64,000 bases of DNA, from NCBI RefSeq assembly GCF_053078305.1, contig NZ_CP166879.1. The stretch is one strand, 5' to 3'. Below the pieces are notes generated by a model. The model had not been told where the DNA came from. It saw only the letters and a program-made list of their open reading frames with translations, and made no database searches. Numbering within the stretch: position 1 is the stretch's first letter; each line of letters starts with the position of its first letter. The translations under genes and the position numbers were made by a program. Positions 41,076-51,785 of the stretch are shown piece by piece.

Positions 41076-41645
41076 TCAACTCCGGCTACAGCCAAAATTG
41101 CGCTCACCGGTGCCGCGAGCTTTGGTATGCTCCTTCGCCAGATAGCCAGAACGTTCCAGCACCTGCTGAAAGCCGGTTTCATCATCGCGTTCCAGCCACA
41201 CCGCTGGCTTGTCAGGAAAATGTGCCAGCGTGTCATAACGTCCGGCATCCACTCCCAGGGCACTGCACCAGGCCTGTTTAATAATCCCGGCCAGTGACCC
41301 CGGAGCGCGGTAATCGCCGGCACGACACCAGGTATCCCGGTTGACCAGCAGCAGCAGGTGATAGTGTTTTTTGCCTTTAAGCTCCCCGAACTCCCGGGCC
41401 CAGGCGTAATGCAGGGTCGAGGAATGCACGCGTTTACCTTCCCGATGCTTACGTTTCTGGTAAGCGTCGATTCGGGCTTTCAGGGCATTGATGAAGCGGG
41501 ATATCACAGCCGCGTCCGTTGCTGCCGGTACATCCGGGAGACGCAGATCAACCCGCAATGCCGTCAGACGGGGATGAACATCCAGTGCGTGCCGCACCGT
41601 CTCACGAATACGTTGCTGCCAGAAGGGGTTGTATTTGTAGGTCAT
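41076..41645 (-). CDS. YagK/YfjJ-family (inovirus Gp2-like) protein, copy 2
   Basis: 189 aa; paralog of 38965-39531. Confidence 0.6.
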   Translation of the reverse strand: MTYKYNPFWQQRIRETVRHALDVHPRLTALRVDLRLPDVPAATDAAVISRFINALKARIDAYQKRKHREGKRVHSSTLHYAWAREFGELKGKKHYHLLLLVNRDTWCRAGDYRAPGSLAGIIKQAWCSALGVDAGRYDTLAHFPDKPAVWLERDDETGFQQVLERSGYLAKEHTKARGTGERNFGCSRS

Positions 41646-41849
41646 GGTTAAATCTCCGTATGGTTTCGTTCATACGGATTAACCACGCCGTAAAAAATGC
41701 GCAGAGTCCCTGAAGTGATCTCCAACCAGGCAATATCTCAGGCACTCTGAGATAACCCGAACGGTCGTCTCCGGACTGACGGTTGAATTTTCAGCGTTGT
41801 TTTTTTAATGTAAAAAACCGATTACGGATAAGGCTGTGAGGAGGGAGTT

Positions 41850-42050
41850 ATGGTGATACGCAAAAAGAAGTGCTGGGACTGTGGAAACGCGATTACTCAT
41901 AATACTGTGTGTTGCCCGTATTGTGGTTCTGTCGACCCCTTCGGCTATTACCGGAATACAGACCGTATCGTTACTATACTGCTGGCACTGATTATTGTGG
42001 TCCTGCTGACTACTGTCAGCGTCAGTGTGTATATACTGTGTAGCTGGTGA
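41850..42050 (+). CDS. small zinc-ribbon membrane protein
   Basis: 66 aa; CWDCG...CCPYCG motif followed by one hydrophobic helix; GAGGAGGGAG upstream. Confidence 0.4.
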   Translation: MVIRKKKCWDCGNAITHNTVCCPYCGSVDPFGYYRNTDRIVTILLALIIVVLLTTVSVSVYILCSW

Positions 42051-43372
42051 GATAACGGTTCATGTATCCCCTGAGCTGACAGTGTACCGGGTATATTAAG
42101 CGTAACCGACAGGTTCTCCTTCATACCATATTAAATTTTTCCAGGTATTGCCGCTGCCTTATTTCGTCTCATACAGGAAAACTCGTCTGGGTTTCTGACA
42201 AATACGTGAAACTCACAGCCCCTCAATATCAACCACACGCTGTAAGCCGGTAATACCTGAAAATCAGCCCATTACCGCCCACGCCTCCGGCACCATTCCC
42301 TTTAGATTTCGAATTCTTTGTTGTCGCTATACCGCTTAACGTTCCCGGTATTATCCTGGTTCCCGACAACAGGAACATATTCAGCTTTTAATAACCTGAG
42401 AAGAGCCAATAAGAATCACAAAGCGGATAACACCTGGCGCGATGCAGTTGTGATTACCGAACGCTCAGATGACATATTTCCAGACTGAAGCGGGAACACG
42501 ATCGTAAAGCTTGTTCATTGTCAGTTCTGCCAGCCAGTGATCAACCACAGAGTTGAAGGCTTCCAGTTCCGCAGAGGTAAGTTTATAACGCGTGTGGGAA
42601 ATCACTTTTTCCAGCGTCTCCCGGGATGAACAACGACGGAACTGCTTTGGTTTTAACTTCCATTAGCCTCTCATCACTTTATGCTGCAATTAACGTGATA
42701 CTGTCAGCATACCGCCAGACTGGCATTCTGGTACCCACCCCAAACTCATTACTCCCGAGCCACCACTTAACCGGTCTCTCAGACTGTCACTCACCAGGTC
42801 GGATATGTTTACCGCTCAGACGGATGCTTAATGCACTCTGTTCACGTACATTGCAGATACGTTTTATATACGCGGGTTATACGCCAGCTATCAGGGATAG
42901 CGCAGTCTGTTGCTACTGCGTTCTCATCATGCCCACTGATCACACTCACCGTGTTTATTTCACATATATGAACTCATGTATTTGATCTCATGTGTTTGAT
43001 CTCTCTTATATATTTATAATACCAATCAGACAGTCTTATCCCATCGGTGATACCTGTCACCTGCCCACCGGACACGGTCTGCCCCATCGTAACCGCCCCG
43101 TAAATAACTCTGCAATTATCAGAACGCCAGTTTTCCCCTCTTCCTCACGAAAATCATCCCTTCTTTATCGCGCGCGCGTGCGGAAGCATCGTTTCGTAAC
43201 AACCACCCGGCATACCGGTACGGCTCAGCCACCGTAACCTCCCCGTTTATCTCCTGGCGGTCACATTCCCGATTATTTTTTACGTTTCTCCCCGGTTGTT
43301 ATGCCGGTGAAGGTGGTGCGTTGTTTTCATGACCACACCGGCTGGTTTAACAACATCCGGAGGAACATTCTC

Positions 43373-43579
43373 ATGATCACCCCAGTTTCACTGATGGATG
43401 ACCAGATGGTCGACATGGCATTTATCACTCAACTGACCGGCCTGACCGATAAGTGGTTTTACAAACTCATCAAGGATGGTGACTTTCCTGCGCCCATCAA
43501 AATGGGCCGCAGCTCCCGATGGCTGAAAAGCGAAGTGGAAGCCTGGCTGCAGGCGCGTATTGCACAGTCCCGTCCGTAA
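43373..43579 (+). CDS. alpA: AlpA-family phage/island regulatory protein (copy 2)
   Basis: 68 aa from the ATG at 43373 with GGAGG upstream; TDKWFYKLIKDGDFPAPIKMGRSSRWLKSEVEAWL. Confidence 0.7.
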   Translation: MITPVSLMDDQMVDMAFITQLTGLTDKWFYKLIKDGDFPAPIKMGRSSRWLKSEVEAWLQARIAQSRP

Positions 43580-43659
43580 TTCTTAACCGTTCATCTGCAG
43601 CAGACGCAGTCTCCGGCCTGCCGGCGGCGTTCTGCTGCCTGTTATCCCCCGTGAGGAAT

Positions 43660-44268
43660 ATGAAAATGAAACCACAGTATCAGACCCGTTACGAGCTGCT
43701 CCACGAAAGCTACCAGAAATGGCTGACCGGCTTCACCCGGCACGCCGTATCCTGGGGCGTGTGTCATCCGAATATCTACTACTTCCATAATCTGACGCCC
43801 GGGTGGGTGTCATTCAATGGTGAAAAACCGGAGATTGCCATCGTACCCCAGAGTCTGCACCGGCTGATGTATGGTCCGGACAAACGGACCACGCCGCCCC
43901 TGGATGATGATCTGATAGTGAATTTATGCACCAGTGAACATCTGCTGGTTCATCATCCGATGCTGGAAGGCATTCTCCTGTCTGAATGTGAACGTCTGAG
44001 GCAGCGTTCGCTGGCAAATAAACTGATCAGCCTCTTCCGTCAGTTTGGTGGCACGGAGTTGCGCCTCAAACTGGTCTGGCTTTGCTGGCTTGATTTAATG
44101 ACCGGAAACTGCCTTGACGACTGGACGGAGAATCTGAAACGGAAATCAGAAAAAGAGCTGGAGGAATGGATCATCAACCGTCAGAAGCAGAGCGCAGCAC
44201 TGACGGATCTGATGGATCAGTACGTGCTCCTGGCATACCGCACAACGGTTGACGATAAGCGCACCTGA
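43660..44268 (+). CDS. hypothetical protein
   Basis: 202 aa from the ATG at 43660 with GAGGAA upstream; no family recognised. Confidence 0.45.
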   Translation: MKMKPQYQTRYELLHESYQKWLTGFTRHAVSWGVCHPNIYYFHNLTPGWVSFNGEKPEIAIVPQSLHRLMYGPDKRTTPPLDDDLIVNLCTSEHLLVHHPMLEGILLSECERLRQRSLANKLISLFRQFGGTELRLKLVWLCWLDLMTGNCLDDWTENLKRKSEKELEEWIINRQKQSAALTDLMDQYVLLAYRTTVDDKRT

Positions 44269-44589
44269 TGCCAGTTGTTTCAGGGAAGCTGGTATCCGGG
44301 CAGGGTGCCAGGGCTGACTGAACGGCCTGTCTGCCTGCCGTTTCGCTCTCCGTGCGTTCTGTCACACGCTGCACCTGAACGCCGGACTGCGGGCACGCAG
44401 ACAGGAAAGACGCAGGCTGGAACTTCTGACCGGCGGGTATCAGTTATATGCCTGTTGATTCATCACCACCACGCAGTTCCTGAGCTTTAGTTCATCACCG
44501 ATATTCATACATCTGAATATCGGTGATGAAATCCCCATAATAATCAATCATCTAAGTCTGAAGCATAATAGAGAAAAACTGCTCACCGG

Positions 44590-46143
44590 TTACTTCGCTC
44601 TCAGCTTATTGTAGTGATAACCCGAGGTAAAAATACCAGAGACATCAGACAACTTTAAACTGGCTATCTGGGGAAGCAGAACATACATGGTTTTTCCTTC
44701 CGGCACGACAGAAAGCCTGAACTGAGATTCAAGAATGTTCAGCAATGCGTTCAGTTTTTTCCTGTTTCTGAACCGGCCCGGGCCACACTGGAGAATATAA
44801 TTTTTCCTGACACGGGGCGGGCATTCTCCGCGGCACTCCTCAATGAGCCAGTCGAACAGCTCCTCGGCGTCCTTCTGCTGCAGTTCAGATTCATTAGGTA
44901 ACGCAAATAATTTTTTATATTCATCTGTGTACCACGAACTTATTACGACAGCAGACGTCATGATATCGGCAGAGATTTTCCCTTCACCATAGCTGAAATA
45001 CTGAAATAACGCTGCAATTCTTGCAATGTTTTCTGTTTTTTTTGAAACATGTCCCCGAAACGGGCTTAAGGGTCCGGAAGGGGATAAATCCTGCTCCAGA
45101 ACATTATAGTGCTCAATAAATATTTTTTGCGCTTCAGGCGAAAAATGCAGACAATACCGTTCATCCTCACTGGATTTTTCAATACTGCCTCTGGCCAGTT
45201 CCATTAATCGTTCATGAAATGCCGTTAATGATCCTCCCGGAATCACAGCTCCATTAATAAAGCGTTTCCCCTGCGTGGTTGCAGGTTTACTGATAAGACA
45301 ACGGGCAAGAAAACCACTGTCCCTGGCAACAGAACCTTTTCGCTCCATATATCGGTCAAAAAGACCGGGTTGCACCATGAGGGATAACGTCATTCTGGCA
45401 TTTTCAATCATCTGTTCGGGTTCATTCTTTCTGTCCACAGACAATACAGAGCCATCCCACATTTTGTTAATAAAAGGCAACTCAGACAGGGTATATCCAT
45501 CAAATATAATACCGGCTTCATCTGACATAATACCCACTGAACGCCATTTACCACAAAGCTGATTCTTAATTGCCGCAGTCGTGGCATCATTAAAAATGAA
45601 TTTATACCTCACAGGTTCTTCCGCACTGTTTTTCTGAAGTACTTCCAGTTGTCTGAGGGTTTCTGACTCATCCGCGCCTTTGCGGAGTTCTTTATTCAGT
45701 TTTGACAACAATGCTTTTTTCTGAGCCTTTAAAAGCTCTTCCTTGTTTTTCCAGACAGCCAGTTCACTTTTGTATCTGGAATATAACTGCATCTCCTGCT
45801 GGTACAGGGGCTTCATTAATAATTTGTCCACTGCGGTTTTTCGTTCTCCGGACTCGGCAAGCGTCAGGAAAAAAAGAGAGACCGGCCCCCGCAGTGTATT
45901 CAGTCTGCAGACATCAATCAGATTCTGGCAGACAAGTGAAACAGCGCCCAGGGCAGACGCTGCCACAAGCCCAAGGGGAGCCTGCGTAATTTGCTGAGCT
46001 TCAATAACGGCATCACGAATGAGTGGAGGCAGCGAACTCAGGGGAAACTCATCACAAGGCTGACCGAATGACATAGTAACCTCACTACACACAGATATAA
46101 AAGTACTGCAATTCTGGCTATTAATAGCAAAAATAGCAGTCAA
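44590..46143 (-). CDS. hypothetical protein (possibly YfjI-like island protein)
   Basis: 517 aa ORF (494 aa if started at the internal MSFGQP); convergent with the preceding gene; family unverified. Confidence 0.5.
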   Translation of the reverse strand: MTAIFAINSQNCSTFISVCSEVTMSFGQPCDEFPLSSLPPLIRDAVIEAQQITQAPLGLVAASALGAVSLVCQNLIDVCRLNTLRGPVSLFFLTLAESGERKTAVDKLLMKPLYQQEMQLYSRYKSELAVWKNKEELLKAQKKALLSKLNKELRKGADESETLRQLEVLQKNSAEEPVRYKFIFNDATTAAIKNQLCGKWRSVGIMSDEAGIIFDGYTLSELPFINKMWDGSVLSVDRKNEPEQMIENARMTLSLMVQPGLFDRYMERKGSVARDSGFLARCLISKPATTQGKRFINGAVIPGGSLTAFHERLMELARGSIEKSSEDERYCLHFSPEAQKIFIEHYNVLEQDLSPSGPLSPFRGHVSKKTENIARIAALFQYFSYGEGKISADIMTSAVVISSWYTDEYKKLFALPNESELQQKDAEELFDWLIEECRGECPPRVRKNYILQCGPGRFRNRKKLNALLNILESQFRLSVVPEGKTMYVLLPQIASLKLSDVSGIFTSGYHYNKLRAK

Positions 46144-47303
46144 ATCAATATGAGGTAAAAATTTTTGTTGCTTTAATGGTTAAATAATAACCACAGTGTG
46201 TTTTGCTGCTGAAGAAAGACAAAATGAATCTGTGTGTCCCCTCCTTCCCTTCAGAGCACATCCACTATTCAAATTTTACACAACCACGTACGAACAAAAA
46301 GCATCATCCCGGGTATTGCAGATACCGGTTTCCTGCCGGGAAGAATCATAAACAGAACACCGGGAATAACGCCTTCAGGAATCCCCCCCTCCTGAAGAAG
46401 AATAAAATAAAGAAGACTACAGTTCCTGCACTGAATGCTGAGTACAATATTCTATGGACAGGATGACATATTTATAAATAACAAAAACCATTTAATACTG
46501 ATACATCAATAAAATACTTCCTCCCTGCTGACGCAGATAAAATGCACCATTTTTTCTTCAAATACTTCTGTATAATCGCCAGCCAATGATGAGAATGGAT
46601 TAAAATAACACTTCTTCGACAAACACAAAAACAGCCTTCATTTTACATCATCATCCAGTTTCAGTTAACCCCGGACGAGCGACAGCGTTTCAGTACAGGA
46701 ATTAAAAGCCAGCTTTTGCTCAGTAAAAACACACTCAACTAATAATATCTCAGCAGATATTATCCTGACCAGGACACCTCACATTACTGAATTCTCTTCC
46801 GACAGTATCACTGCACAAATAAAAAAGAACTGGATAAATATTCAGACCGGAAGAATGGTGTCACAAAAGCATTTAATCATTACGCATGACCAGGAAGGGA
46901 AACACTTAACCACATGGTATCAACAGATATCATTACGTGTGCACTCTTATAAAAAACACACAGAAGAAGTAAGATAATTATAAACGTAAATTTAATATCT
47001 CCCACTGACATCTCCCCCACAATACACTGAAAAATACTCACAGCAGTAAACACAGACACACCTGATAATCATGCAGCCGATAAATATTTTCCCCTTTACG
47101 GAGAAATCAGCCTGCTGTTTAACAATAACGGCGTATTTTCATGGAAGGAGATCACCCAGTAACGGATAAGTCCTGATCTCCTTCATGTTAATACGCAACA
47201 ATCCCATCGATTCAAAACAATTTCAGACAGATATTATCTCCGTGAATCCCCCGCCACCTTTCCGGTGCGCGGGGTTTTGTCTTTTTTCACCGGGAATACA
47301 TGT

Positions 47304-48176
47304 ATGAATCCGTCTGATGCCATTGAGGCAATTGAAAAACCGCTCTCCTCCCTGCCTTACTCGCTTTCCCGTCACATCCTGGAACATCTGCGCAAACTCA
47401 CCCGTCACGAACCAGTGATTGGCATTATGGGTAAAAGCGGGGCCGGTAAATCCTCACTCTGTAATGCACTGTTTCAGGGGGAGGTCACCCCGGTCAGTGA
47501 TGTTCACACCGGCACCCGGGAAGTACGGCGCTTCCGTCTGAGTGGCCACGGTCACAGCATGGTTATCACTGACCTGCCCGGGGTGGGCGAGAGCCGGGAC
47601 AGGGATGCAGAGTATGAGGCCCTGTACCGTGACATTCTGCCTGAACTGGACCTGGTACTGTGGCTGATTAAAGCCGATGACCGTGCCCTGTCTGTGGATG
47701 AGTATTTCTGGCGACACATCCTGCACCGGGGACATCAGCGGGTACTGTTTGTGGTGACGCAGGCCGACAAAACGGAGCCCTGCCATGAATGGGATATGGC
47801 CGGTATTCAGCCTTCTCCTGCACAGGCACAGAATATTCGCGAAAAAACGGAGGCGGTATTCCGTCTGTTCCGGCCCGTACATCCGGTTGTGGCCGTATCG
47901 GCCCGCACCGGCTGGGAACTGGATACGCTGGTCAGTGCGCTCATGACAGCGCTTCCCGACCATGCCGCCAGTCCCCTGATGACCCGACTGCAGGACGAGC
48001 TGCGCACGGAATCTGTCCGGTCTCAGGCCCGTGAACAGTTTACCGGTGCGGTGGACCGGATATTTGACACGGCGGAGAGCGTCTGTATTGCCTCTGTTGC
48101 ACGCACGGTTCTGCGTGCCGTCCGTGACTCGGTGGTCTCTGTTGCCCGCGCTGTATGGAACTGGATTTTCTTCTGA
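47304..48176 (+). CDS. yeeP: YeeP/YkfA-family GTPase
   Basis: P-loop GKSGAGKSS and DxxG-type motif (DLPGVGE); track start is GTG, ATG at 47304 preferred; gene directly upstream of flu as in CP4-44. Confidence 0.7.
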   Translation: MNPSDAIEAIEKPLSSLPYSLSRHILEHLRKLTRHEPVIGIMGKSGAGKSSLCNALFQGEVTPVSDVHTGTREVRRFRLSGHGHSMVITDLPGVGESRDRDAEYEALYRDILPELDLVLWLIKADDRALSVDEYFWRHILHRGHQRVLFVVTQADKTEPCHEWDMAGIQPSPAQAQNIREKTEAVFRLFRPVHPVVAVSARTGWELDTLVSALMTALPDHAASPLMTRLQDELRTESVRSQAREQFTGAVDRIFDTAESVCIASVARTVLRAVRDSVVSVARAVWNWIFF

Positions 48177-48289
48177 ACACTCTGCCAGGGGAAATGCCTG
48201 ATTACATTGCGTTAACCAACTGAAAACATGACACAAACCCCTCATCCCCCTCCTGTTTCTCTTGCGTGACCGCTCTGCTGTCAATAGAA

Positions 48290-48335
48290 TAAAACGATCG
48301 ATAAAACAGGTATCGATCGTTACTATCGATCGTTT
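48290..48335. promoter_or_regulatory. antigen 43 phase-variation switch region (three GATC sites; expected OxyR-binding region)
   Basis: GATC at 48296, 48315 and 48328 in the sequence ACGATCGATAAAACAGGTATCGATCGTTACTATCGATCG, about 220-250 bp upstream of the flu start. Confidence 0.6.
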
Positions 48336-48548
48336 ATAGTGGTTAATGGTCTGCGAAAAGGCAGCTGAATCTCTTCATCATGCAGAACGGAATTGCACAC
48401 AACGGACTGATACTTCTCTGGCGGATGAGAGAGGGGAAGCATTTATGTCCGGGAAAAACCACTTTATCTGACCATGCTGTTTTGTACCTGCCGGTATCCA
48501 CATTTGTGGGTACCGGCTTTTTTATTCACCCTCTGTAAGGAAAAGCTG

Positions 48549-51500
48549 ATGAAACGACATCTGAACACCAGCTACAGGCTGGTATGGAATCACATTACGG
48601 GCACCCTGGTGGTGGCCTCCGAACTGGCCCGCTCACGGGGAAAACGCGCCGGTGTGGCGGTTGCGCTGTCTCTTGCTGCTGTCACATCAGTCCCGGCACT
48701 GGCTGCTGACACGGTTGTACAGGCGGGAGAAACCGTGAACGACGGAACACTGACAAATCATGACAACCAGATTGTCTTCGGTACGGCCAACGGAATGACC
48801 ATCAGTACCGGGCTGGAACTGGGGCCGGACAGTGAAGAAAACACCGGTGGGCAATGGATACAGAATGGCGGGATAGCCGGAAACACCACTGTCACCACAA
48901 ATGGTCGTCAGGTCGTGCTGGAGGGGGGAACAGCCAGTGATACGGTTATTCGTGACGGCGGGGGACAGAGCCTGAACGGGCTGGCGGTGAACACCACGCT
49001 GAATAACAGAGGCGAGCAGTGGGTTCATGAGGGCGGGGTTGCCACCGGTACAATTATCAACCGCGACGGTTACCAGAGCGTTAAAAGTGGCGGGCTGGCA
49101 ACAGGAACCATCATCAACACCGGCGCAGAAGGCGGCCCGGATTCTGACAACTCGTACACGGGTCAGAAGGTCCAGGGAACAGCAGAATCCACCACCATCA
49201 ACAAAAATGGACGGCAGATTATCTTATTTTCCGGGATAGCCCGTGACACTCTCATTTACGCAGGTGGTGACCAGTCGGTACACGGAAGGGCCCTGAATAC
49301 CACACTGAATGGCGGTTACCAGTATGTGCACAAGGACGGACTTGCGCTGAACACGGTAATTAACGAGGGGGGCTGGCAGGTTGTTAAGGCAGGTGGTGCT
49401 GTCGGTAACACCACCATAAATCAGAACGGTGAACTGAGGGTACATGCCGGCGGGGAAGCCACTGCAGTCACCCAGAACACGGGCGGTGCACTGGTTACCA
49501 GTACGGCTGCAACCGTTACCGGCATAAACCGCCTTGGAGCATTCTCGGTTGTGGAGGGTAAAGCTGATAATGTCGTACTGGAAAATGGCGGACGCCTGGA
49601 TGTGCTGACCGGACACACAGCCACTAATACCCGCGTGGATGATGGCGGAACGCTGGATGTCCGCAACGGTGGTACCGCCACCACCGTATCCATGGGAAAT
49701 GGCGGTGTACTGCTGGCCGATTCCGGTGCCGCTGTCAGTGGTACACGGAGCGACGGAAAGGCATTCAGTATCGGAGGCGGTCAGGCGGATGCCCTGATGC
49801 TGGAAAAAGGCAGTTCATTCACGCTGAACGTCGGTGATACGGCCACGGATACCACGGTAAATGGCGGACTGTTCACCGCCAGGGGCGGCACACTGGCGGG
49901 CACCACCACGCTGAATAACGGCGCCATACTTACCCTTTCCGGGAAGACGGTGAACAACAATACCCTGACCATCCGTGAAGGCGATGCACTCCTGCAGGGA
50001 GGCTCTCTCACCGGTAACGGCAGCGTGGAAAAATCAGGAAGTGGCACACTCACTGTCAGCAACACCACACTCACCCAGAAAGCCGTCAACCTGAATGAAG
50101 GCACGCTGACGCTGAACGACAGTACCGTCACCACGGATGTCATTGCTCAGCGCGGTACAGCCCTGAAGCTGACCGGCAGCACTGTGCTGAACGGTGCCAT
50201 TGACCCCACGAATGTCACTCTCGCCTCCGGTGCCACCTGGAATATCCCTGATAACGCCACGGTGCAGTCGGTGGTGGATGACCTCAGCCATGCCGGACAG
50301 ATTCATTTCACCTCCACCCGCACAGGGAAGTTCGTACCGGCAACCCTGAAAGTGAAAAACCTGAACGGGCAGAATGGCACCATCAGCCTGCGTGTACGCC
50401 CGGATATGGCACAGAGCAATGCTGACAGACTGGTCATTGACGGCGGCAGGGCAACCGGAAAAACCATCCTGAACCTGGTGAACGCCGGCAACAGTGCGTC
50501 GGGGCTGGCGACCAGCGGTAAGGGTATTCAGGTGGTGGAAGCCATTAACGGTGCCACCACGGAGGAAGGGGCCTTTGTCCAGGGGAACAGGCTGCAGGCC
50601 GGGGCCTTTAACTACTCCCTCAACCGGGACAGTGATGAGAGCTGGTATCTGCGCAGTGAAAATGCTTATCGTGCAGAAGTCCCCCTGTATGCCTCCATGC
50701 TGACACAGGCAATGGACTATGACCGGATTCTGGCAGGCTCCCGCAGCCATCAGACCGGTGTAAATGGTGAAAACAACAGCGTCCGTCTCAGCATTCAGGG
50801 CGGCCATCTCGGTCACGATAACAACGGCGGTATTGTCCGTGGGGCCACGCCGGAAAGCAGCGGCAGCTATGGCTTCGTCCGTCTTGAGGGTGACCTGCTC
50901 AGAACAGAGGTCGCCGGTATGTCTCTGACGACAGGGGTGTATGGTGCTGCAGGCCATTCTTCCGTTGATGTTAAGGATGATGACAGCTCCCGTGCCGGCA
51001 CGGTCCGGGATGATGCCGGCAGCCTGGGCGGATACCTGAATCTGATACACAACGCCTCCGGACTGTGGGCTGACATTGTGGCCCAGGGAACCCGCCACAG
51101 CATGAAAGCCTCATCGGACAATCACGACTTCCGCGCACGGGGCCGGGGCTGGCTGGGCTCACTGGAAACCGGTCTGCCCTTCAGTATCACTGACAACCTG
51201 ATGCTGGAGCCACAACTGCAGTACACCTGGCAGGGACTTTCCCTGGATGACGGTAAGGACAACGCCGGTTATGTGAAGTTCGGGCATGGCAGTGCACAAC
51301 ATGTGCGTGCCGGATTTCGTCTGGGCAGCCACAACGATATGAACTTTGGTAAAGGCACCTCATCCCGTGACACCCTGCGCGGCAGTGCCAAACACAGTGT
51401 GCGTGAACTGCCGGTGAACTGGTGGGTACAGCCTTCTGTTATCCGCACCTTCAGTTCCCGGGGGGACATGAGCATGGGTACAGCCGCAGCCGGCAGTAAC

Positions 51501-51671
51501 ATGACGTTCTCACCGTCACAGAATGGTACGTCACTGGACCTGCAGGCCGGACTGGAAGCCCGTGTCCGGGAAAACATCACCCTGGGCGTTCAGGCTGGTT
51601 ATGTCCACAGCGTCAGCGGCAGCAGCGCTGAAGGCTATAACGGTCAGGCCACGCTGAATGTGACCTTCTGA
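48549..51671 (+). CDS. flu: antigen 43 self-associating autotransporter
   Basis: 1039 aa from the ATG at 48549; extended signal peptide MKRHLNTSYRLVWNHITGTL...ALAADTVV; beta-helical repeat passenger; C-terminal beta-barrel ending QATLNVTF. Confidence 0.9.
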   Translation: MKRHLNTSYRLVWNHITGTLVVASELARSRGKRAGVAVALSLAAVTSVPALAADTVVQAGETVNDGTLTNHDNQIVFGTANGMTISTGLELGPDSEENTGGQWIQNGGIAGNTTVTTNGRQVVLEGGTASDTVIRDGGGQSLNGLAVNTTLNNRGEQWVHEGGVATGTIINRDGYQSVKSGGLATGTIINTGAEGGPDSDNSYTGQKVQGTAESTTINKNGRQIILFSGIARDTLIYAGGDQSVHGRALNTTLNGGYQYVHKDGLALNTVINEGGWQVVKAGGAVGNTTINQNGELRVHAGGEATAVTQNTGGALVTSTAATVTGINRLGAFSVVEGKADNVVLENGGRLDVLTGHTATNTRVDDGGTLDVRNGGTATTVSMGNGGVLLADSGAAVSGTRSDGKAFSIGGGQADALMLEKGSSFTLNVGDTATDTTVNGGLFTARGGTLAGTTTLNNGAILTLSGKTVNNNTLTIREGDALLQGGSLTGNGSVEKSGSGTLTVSNTTLTQKAVNLNEGTLTLNDSTVTTDVIAQRGTALKLTGSTVLNGAIDPTNVTLASGATWNIPDNATVQSVVDDLSHAGQIHFTSTRTGKFVPATLKVKNLNGQNGTISLRVRPDMAQSNADRLVIDGGRATGKTILNLVNAGNSASGLATSGKGIQVVEAINGATTEEGAFVQGNRLQAGAFNYSLNRDSDESWYLRSENAYRAEVPLYASMLTQAMDYDRILAGSRSHQTGVNGENNSVRLSIQGGHLGHDNNGGIVRGATPESSGSYGFVRLEGDLLRTEVAGMSLTTGVYGAAGHSSVDVKDDDSSRAGTVRDDAGSLGGYLNLIHNASGLWADIVAQGTRHSMKASSDNHDFRARGRGWLGSLETGLPFSITDNLMLEPQLQYTWQGLSLDDGKDNAGYVKFGHGSAQHVRAGFRLGSHNDMNFGKGTSSRDTLRGSAKHSVRELPVNWWVQPSVIRTFSSRGDMSMGTAAAGSNMTFSPSQNGTSLDLQAGLEARVRENITLGVQAGYVHSVSGSSAEGYNGQATLNVTF

Positions 51672-51691
51672 CAGAACCATCGCCTCTCTGT

Positions 51692-51716
51692 GGTCCCGGT
51701 CATCATGACCGGGACC
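51692..51716 (+). terminator. GC-rich palindrome downstream of flu
   Basis: GGTCCCGGTCAT / ATGACCGGGACC near-perfect palindrome 20 nt after the flu stop; no clear T-tract, so terminator function is uncertain. Confidence 0.3.
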
Positions 51717-51785
51717 CGGACCGGCGCAACGGATATTCAACGCCACATTCGCTGGCATTAACAATAACATGATATTCATCACGGA

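Noticed and set aside
42051-43300. Possible integrase or transposase remnant: short minus-strand frames near 42480-42665 and plus-strand ORFs at 42626-42985 and 42992-43237
   Set aside because: The frames are under 60 codons and interrupted, and no recombinase motifs could be recognised; at most a decayed pseudogene.
46150-47300. ORF 46203-46466 and ORF 47223-47408 in the spacer before the yeeP-like gene
   Set aside because: Low-complexity translations without start signals; the region is more likely degenerate non-coding island DNA.
48687-51782. Numerous ORFs of 60-354 aa on the minus strand and in other plus frames inside flu (for example 50034-51098, 49781-50143, 49421-49693)
   Set aside because: They lie entirely within the antigen 43 coding region, whose GC-rich repetitive passenger domain generates long spurious open frames; no independent start signals.
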